Source: Lama glama
Lineage: Eukaryota
DNA length: 64,000 nucleotides
Assembly (NCBI GenBank): GCA_028534125.1
Contig: CM052816.1
Span: 58,778,001-58,842,000 of the forward strand
Direction: 5' to 3'
Shown piece after piece: positions 56,278 to 64,000 of the stretch. Below the pieces are notes generated by a model that was not told the origin of the DNA, searched no databases, and saw nothing but the letters and a program-made list of their open reading frames with translations. The position numbers were made by a program, and so were the translations under genes. Position 1 is the stretch's first letter. Each line of letters begins with the position of its first letter.

Positions 56278-59200
56278 GACTAAGCCTGTGGACATCAACT
56301 TTAGCCTGATCCCGTATGGAGCACTGGAGTGGGCATTGCACCAGAGAGCGATCCCACCATTTGTACCCCTGCATTGGTGTGCCACAGGGTCGGGGGTGGG
56401 GTGAAGGAGACTCTGTGGAAGGGGCAACTGTGAACCATCAGCTGCCAACACTCACAGCCCTTGGGGCATGGAGGCCCTGGCTGTACAGGGGATCTGGGCA
56501 GAGCTCCAGCAGCACCCGCTCCAGAAGGCACGCTGCCATTTGTGGGAAAGGATAGATAGGCACATAGGTATGACTGCACATGCATGGGAACTCTAAGAGC
56601 AAAGGCTCTTAGCCTGGAGTCCGTGGATCCCTAAGGATGTCATGGTCGAACCGTATTTCCTTGTAATTGGTTCCCTTTGTAATCCTCTGTTCTTCATTTT
56701 ACATATTTTATTTTTTCTCTCTCATTTTTTTTTGATAGGAAGTACATATTTTCAAACATTATTCTGAGAGGGGTGTCCACAGGTTCATCAGATAGCTGAG
56801 GGGTCCATGGTACACACACAAAAATAAAGACATTCAGGAAGGAGGTGAGGGAGAGGCAGGTACTCAGGAGCTGGGGCCAGGAGTGGGAGAGAGATTTCGT
56901 CTCTTTGTATACATTTGTGTACTATTGGAATTTCTGGTACGTGCATAGGTTATATTATAATAAGATAAAACAAAGGAGAAAATATATTTTAAAAAGTTAC
57001 CTACTGCTCCTGAGAAACAGGGAAGAACGGAGGAAGAGTGGTATGGGGGAAAGCATCCCTGAAATGAACCTGAGTTTTCCTCTCTCTTTTTACACTCATT
57101 TCCTGGGTTGCTTTTTCTTTTATACCATTTCTCTCATTACTTGCTTTCCTGATTCACAATTCCTTCCTTTATGTCTAATGTCTGCATTTTATTTTGAAGT
57201 TGTTTTTGTGCGCTTAATGGAAACCTGCCTATTTATCTTTTACTAATTTTCACCCAACTCCAAATCAAATGACAACTAAAGTGTAAAGTCAATTCTTAGC
57301 ATATATGCATTTACTTACAAAAGAGACTAGTCTGCACGATAATTTTGTGGGTCAAAAGCATGCTTTTTAGATGAAAATATGTCTGTAATGAGAATAAATT
57401 TGGGGGTTGTTTTATGCTCAAGAGTCTTTGAGGTTTTTAATCAGAACAGGTTTGAGGCCATTAGATGTCTCCTTTATACAGAATATATTTCTAAAATGTC
57501 AAGATTTACTAAATTCTACCTCTCAGGATTTTAAAATGAATGTGCATTCTCCACCACTTTTGTTGCCTGGGGAGCTCACATCTGCCCGGAAAACCTTCCC
57601 GGGGAGCGATGTCGGCAGAGATAAATGAATGAGAGTACAAGCAGTTCTGTAATAATAGTGCAATTTGGCTAAAGGGTGACATCATCTTTTTGCTGTCGCA
57701 TCTGCCATTCTAAGTAGCAGTAAGTTCAGCCTAGCTAGAGAATGAATTACAAAGAGAGTACACCGGCAAAGTGGGATAAAACATAACTAATGGAAAATAA
57801 AATTTAAAAAGAAGGTAGCTCTGAATATATCCAGTCCATATATATTTTTTTCTTTTGTAAGGTTTTGATTTGATTACCACATCATAATTTGCCATCATTT
57901 TGGATTACGTGGAAAGATGCAAAGCTCCTTTCTTAATGGTTGGTTGGCTATATGTACACGTATGTACTACCAGAGTAGAATTAGGGACATTGGAATTGAT
58001 TTTAGTCTTTAAAGGGCACATTTAAATGCTGGTAGATAAAATGTCTTTATCAGTTCACTGTGATTCCATGTGCCTCACTTGTAGCACTTGAAAGAGAGTT
58101 TGCTGCATTTTATTTGGATACCAAGGGAAGGATGTCACCATCTTTCATGCTAATGAACCCTGGACACTGTTTCTGGGGAGGAGCAGTATGTGACTCTGTG
58201 TCAGTTCTTTAGGAAGCTGAGTCAGTATTAATTCATTGCTTTTCTTTTTTTTCCTTTTTAAGGAACTGATTTATTGAGATAGAATTCACATACCAAAATA
58301 TTGTCTCTGTTTGCTAATTTTTTATCTCCCTGTCCTCTGACATCTCCCTGTCTTCTAACGTCTGTCTTCTAATGTTCACAGGCATCAGATGAATTTCAGC
58401 AAAGGCATTGATAATGGCTTTGAGGAATAAATACTGCAGATGGATCAAATCAAAGAATCATATTTCAAAGCTGGATTAAGAGTCATGAAAAGGAAGGAGA
58501 AGCAGAAATGAAGGAAAAGAAGAATTACAGAAGTAAAATGAGCGGTTGATTATAGACAAGAAAATCTGCTGTTTGAATAAAGACCAAAGGGCTCTCATTG
58601 TTGGTTGCCCACGTGACTCTGTCTTTTCTGAGCAGCACATCCCAAGATCAAGAAGCCAGAAGGAACTCCGACTTTAACTAATTAGCAGTAATGAAAATTT
58701 ACTAAACGTCAACAACAAATTTACTAGGCAATTTCATTTCCAAGGGACGTTGGCATATATCATAGGTAAAACATTTTCACAAACATCATTTTTAACATAG
58801 AATCTTATTTGCAGAAGCTATTTTCGTGGCCTGGGGAACAAACGGTTCATTGAAACAGAACTTTGCTGATCTGGTTTCAAAGAATTCTATAATATGAAAA
58901 ATACTGTGGAACAGATGGGATCAGAAGTCCCTGAACACAGAACAGGCATATCTAGTAATGAAAATGTTCTTTTGGTATTGTATTATGTTTTATGTTTTAT
59001 GTTTCAGAGTATTAGTATGGAAGGAACTCAGGCAGGGGCAGAAAAGAGGAAGTTAGTAGGAATAACACTTTACGTGTGAATAGGCTCTATGCTTTCCAAA
59101 ATACTCAGACCCCACCAAAGCCCGATAGCAAGTACCATCCTCATTTTATTGGTGAAAAACATGCTTCTAAGAAAAAATGTGTTATAAGTAACAGAAAGTC

Positions 59201-60375
59201 CAACTTAAATAATAAAAAGTATATGTCTTTCTCTGAGTGTGTGTGTCTGTGAATGGTGTGTTTTGGCTCATAGAATTGAAAAGTTCATAACAGAAACTAG
59301 CTTTCAGTGTGTCTTGGAAGAGATGTTCAGTTGATACCATCAGGGTCCAATTTCTCTTGACAGCTCCCAGTTCTTTTTCCTGAGTACATTGTTTTCTTCT
59401 ACGACAGGGTTTCCCTGTTAGGTGACACAATGGTTGTTAATAGCTCTAAGTTTGCATTCTGAGCTCTAAATCCAGTCGGACAAAGGAGAATATCTTTCCT
59501 ACAGTTCCAGCAAAAGTTTAGACATTTGTGTCTCCTTGGCTCAGAATGCATCACATGTTCATCCCCGAGCCAGTCACTGTGGCCAGAAGGATGTGGTCCT
59601 CTGATTATCCAGCCTGGAGGCAATAACTCAGGGACTGAATGCATGGGGTGGGGGTAGGGATGGCCCTCCACAGGTGAAGGGGGCATTCCCTCCCCTCCCC
59701 ACATTTTATTGAGACATAATTGATATGTAACAATAACTGAGTTTTGTATCTCCAGTGCAATCTGTTAAACAGCTCCAAGGAGACACTGTTCACATTATTT
59801 TCTATGTGAATGGTGCCCCCTAGAATTGTGCAACTTGGAGAGCAGGTTGATTGAATGTTAAGTCATACTAGCGTATTCATAATCGCATTGACATGAGTTT
59901 TTTTTTGGCAACCAGATTCTAAAGTTTTCAAGGGTAAGGGTTATAGTTTGATAGTTTTTGTGTCCTTATACACAGGGTTTGACATACTGATTTTCCTTTA
60001 ATCAAAATTCAGGAAATGCTTAATTGAGTTATTGAAACAGCTTTCCTGTTGAGATTATTTAATTAACTTGTACACTGTTATGGGAGCAGCTGGATACTGA
60101 TGCCTTATCCATCACGGTGTGGGAGTGGAGAGGAGGATGGAGAATCCATTTTTATAAAGCTCTCCAGGTGTTTCTCTTCAGAGCATTTAAAAAAATTTGC
60201 TTCAGTATTTCAGCGTATGAATATTAGGAAGCAGGTTGACTGACATAAAACTCTTCAATGTACCACAAATAGCCAAGGAAGTGATGTTAAAGTTAAGACT
60301 CATGAGAAATCTCTGTAGAATACAACTGTGAAAACTCGAAAAGAACGAAATCAACAAGAATTAAAGTGGAAGAGT

Positions 60376-60496
60376 GGGGAAGGTATAGCTCAGTGGTAGA
60401 GTATGTGCCTAGCATGTACAAGGTCTGGGGTTCAGTCCTTAGTACTTCCACTAAAAATCAAAAAATAAAAACTGAATGACCCCCCCCAAAAAAAAA
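60376..60496 (+). mobile_element. tRNA-derived SINE (vic-1-like)
   Basis: Same head, TSD TGGAAGAG. Confidence 0.8.
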
Positions 60497-60524
60497 TGGA
60501 AGAGAAAGACTTTCGTTAAATCAC

Positions 60525-61130
60525 AACATTTCAGTTACCTACTGCTGCATAACAAATTGCCTCAAAACTCCATGGCTTAAAATGACAATCATTTGTTATT
60601 TCTCATGGTATGGGTTGCCTGGGCTAAGCTGGGTGTTTTCTCTGCTCCATGTTGTGCAACTGCAGTCACTCAAGCATCTGTGTTCACCTGGGAGCTTGGC
60701 TGGCACTGGAACATCTGAAATGGCCTCAGATTGTTGAGAGCCTCTCTCTGCAATGTCTCATCATTCAATAGTTTAGCCTTAACTACTTCTTCTTTGTCTT
60801 TTTTAACGGAGGTACTGGGGATTGAACCCAGGACCTCGTGCGTGCTAAGCACACAACACACTCTACCACTGAACTTTACCCCCTCCCCAGCCCTAACTTC
60901 TTTACAGCCTGATGGCTGGCTTCTCAGAGAAGGAAGCAGAAGCTGTCAGTTCTCCTAACTGGGCTTAGACATCCCATGATGTCCTTCCTGCTACATCTAT
61001 TGGACAAGACAATTGACAGGCCAGCCCAGATTCTAGGGAGAGGAGTTGAGGAAACAGACTCCACCTCTCAATGTGAGGAGTGTTCACCGGGAGGGGAGAT
61101 GGTGGTGGTCGTATTTGGGTACTGTCTCCC
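60525..61130 (-). mobile_element. Old MaLR (MLT1-like) LTR interrupted by a SINE
   Basis: CTGCTGCATAACAAAT..CC.CAAAACT...GGCTTAAAA..ACAATCATTT; CTATTGG..AA...GGCCAGCCCAGATTC motifs. Confidence 0.6.
60796..60888 (-). mobile_element. tRNA-derived SINE (vic-1-like, short) inserted in an older LTR
   Basis: Reverse complement of the same head; TSD-like AGCC(T/C)TAACT. Confidence 0.8.
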
Positions 61131-61219
61131 ACATATACTCATAATCACATTTGGCACACACAGTAAGATGTGGCTATACCTTTGGGACATCTAAACTTGA
61201 GCCAAAAAGCAGCTACAGG

Positions 61220-61610
61220 ATCCATACAATGGAATGTTATTCAGCAATAAAGAGGAACAGAGTACTGACAAATGCTGTCACGTGGATGCACCCCCAAAAC
61301 ACCATGCTTAGTGAAAGAAGCCAGACACAATGACCACATATTGTACGATTCCATTTGTATGAAATGTCCAGAAAAGGCAACTCTAAGGAGATAAATAGTA
61401 GATCTGTGGTTGCCTGGGGCTGGAGGTAGGAATGGGGATTCATTGTAAATGGGCATGAGAAATCTTACTGGGATGATAAAAATGCTCCAAAACTAGGTTA
61501 TGATGATGGTTATAATTCAGAAAATTTACTAAAAATCATTGAATCGTACACTTAGGAGGAGTGAATTTCATGTTATATAAATTATATTTCAATAAAATTA
61601 TTAGAAAAAT
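61220..61610 (+). mobile_element. L1MB-like 3' end
   Basis: CCATACAATGGAAT.TTATTCAGCAATAAA...AGTGAAAGAAGCCAGACACAA...GTGGTTGCCTGGGGCTGG...AATAAA. Confidence 0.75.
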
Positions 61611-64000
61611 ACAGGGTGGTGGCCTTTAATTCAAGAGACATATTCCTGAAGGCTTTGACGAATTCTTCACATTTTAGGGCTAACTTTCCCATTGGGATAA
61701 GTATAAAGTGGAGGGGATGTATTTTCAAAGGGTAGACCACCACACTGATTGTGACCTATTTTTGCTTGAACTGCTTATTGTTTTCTTAATCTTCCATCTT
61801 TCACACAGTCCTCACCTCTAATTTCACAATAGGGTATATTGAGGTTGGTATCTGGACTGCTTCCATAGCTTTTTATCACATCTAACTGCAAGTCCAGAGC
61901 TACTGATTTTCCAGTGTATTTTTTAGAAATAGGGCCATCCCTTAAATGAACCCCTGGATGGCACTGTTATTCAAAGGATTTTAATTCTTAGCAACTGTCA
62001 AATTTAGAGTGAGAGCACAATGGCTTACTAAAACCCCTGGTAGAACTTTGGATGTACATGTGTGATAGTGTCTGCTGGTTAAAGGTTGTAGGTATTTCAG
62101 TTAACCAGTTAAAGTGACACTTCCTGTGCTGTTAATAAAAACTCAGTTTGCAAGTCACTCAGCCTGTGCATCTTGAAATTTTGCAAGTTTTGACAAATTT
62201 TCATCTTGAAGCAGACTCATATTGTTTTAAATTTTGCTCACAAAGTAAGACTTTATTATTGTTTCGGTGTCCGCACTATTTGAAATCATTCAAATTCACA
62301 CAAGACACAAATACTGTTATAGAGCTGGTGATGGTGAGACCTTGACAGCTTGGCTTTTCCCTTCCCCCCATGTTGTTGAGATGGAAAACCTCACTATTCA
62401 GCACACATAGTCCAGATGGCTCCATGAGTCCTTCGTATTGGCTTCTATTCAATTTGTAAGGAGTTTGTGTTCCATGAAGTTGCCTTAAGTTTCAGGTTAG
62501 ACTCAATAATCCTAAATACCAAGTGAAATTCTGTCTGATCCATTCAGCCTCTGGAGCTTGTCGGAAACTTCCAAATTGGCTTGGGTTTTCTACAAGGATT
62601 TATGAATCTGGACTGAATTTGAGGTTCATAAAAAGACCCACCCAGAGCTGCTTTAGTCTGGAATTTCAGAAGAAGGATTTTGCACATTTCTTTGTATACA
62701 CATCAAGCAAATTCTCACCATTTGCTGGATTTAAGTCCTGCTCTTTTAAAAGGACCAAACTATCCATTTTGGGTCTTCATTTCTTCATTGATGTTAGGGG
62801 TTGAATTGTGTCCCCCACCAAATGTATGTGTTGGAATTCTGGCCCCCAGAACCTCAGAATGAGACCAGCCCTGTGAAGTGAGGACTGCAATTATACCCCC
62901 ATTTTACAGATGAGGGGACCGAGGTACAAAGAAGTGAAGCAGGCAAAGTCATTTGAAGCCATGATGTGTAACGACAGAAGCCTCACCTTTAACTACTACT
63001 CTGTTCTATGTTATTGATAGCTCTGTATGGTCCTTCCCACTTTTGGGCTAAGAAATTCTCAGACGAATTGTTTTAAGGAAGGAAGAGTTGAATGTACTCT
63101 ATAATCTTCAGGAGTCTTTTTCACCTTTTAGGAGAGATGCCTGTATGCCCCTCTCTTAAGAAATTGGTGCTCTCCCAATGTTGCCTTTTCAAAGTGCTTT
63201 TTATATACTTCCTTAAAAATATTTTAATAGAGAAATCACCAATGTCTAACAGTTGTAAATGAATCAATATACCATAAAAGATGTTCATTAGGAAGATAAG
63301 ACCTCCCTAGTTTTTTTTGGCAATTATTTTATGATATTCCTGATTAATGATTTCATTTGGGCCGTTTCAGTGTTCAGTGGTCTTCATTTGTTAGTGTTGA
63401 TTATAGGATGCCACACCTCGTTGGAATCTGACTCTTTTTGACCAACAAATGTGTATTAAAATCAGTAGAAATGTCATTAACATCCCAATATCATGAAAGA
63501 TAATATAACCATTTCTCATGCATGCCGTTTATTAAAATTTGCTTAAGTGTGAAATATGTAGGACAAGTAATGATGTTTTAATCTTTCACTAAGGTAACAA
63601 TTGAAAGCTGATTGATTCCATTCAGTAATTATAAAATCAGAATGATGGAAGATTGTAATCAAGTAGGATTCATTCTCCCACTTTGTCACTCTTCCATGCA
63701 AGACAAAATTCTCATTTCCATCATCTCTTTTATCTGAAAAGAAATCAAACTTCTATTTGCTTCACTAAATCCAGGAGACGGATAATAGCCTTTCCTGATT
63801 CTGGAGGGGATGCAAGTTGGCTGCTGACTACTAATAGCAGAGAAGGGACAGTCCTTCTTTAAGACTAGACTGTCTCAATGAAAAGGGCCAACACTGATGG
63901 GATCTAAATATTCAAACCATTAGATCTCTCCAGTTTTTGAATGACCTACCGAATGAGGATTTTCTATTATGGTCCTGCTCTTCCTCGCTTCCTCAAGACA

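Overview
Mammalian genomic DNA, probably a camelid (inferred from seven copies of a tRNA-derived SINE resembling the camelid vic-1 family). It holds two complete, intact genes on the minus strand. CCNB1 (cyclin B1) has 9 coding exons at 4646-10989 giving 441 aa. SLC30A5 (ZnT5 zinc transporter) has 16 coding exons at 21217-47583 giving 766 aa. All exon boundaries were read by hand, and both reading frames close correctly. Each gene has a CpG-island promoter with recognisable elements: CCAAT/CCAAT/CHR/E-box for CCNB1, and UPRE, a ZTRE-like palindrome and NRF1 for SLC30A5. The rest is introns and intergenic DNA rich in L1, L2, MIR, MaLR/ERV LTR and DNA-transposon relics, plus two 500-N scaffold gaps. 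I found no convincing new biological system. The notable observations are: an expanded Glu-Pro repeat in cyclin B1; a U12-type intron and two uORFs in SLC30A5; a nested SINE + tailless 5S rRNA fragment + L1 composite; a TMSB4X 3'UTR retrocopy; and two further small poly(A)-tailed, TSD-flanked retro-insertions of unknown source. Repeat subfamily names and comparisons with human come from memory, not from a search.
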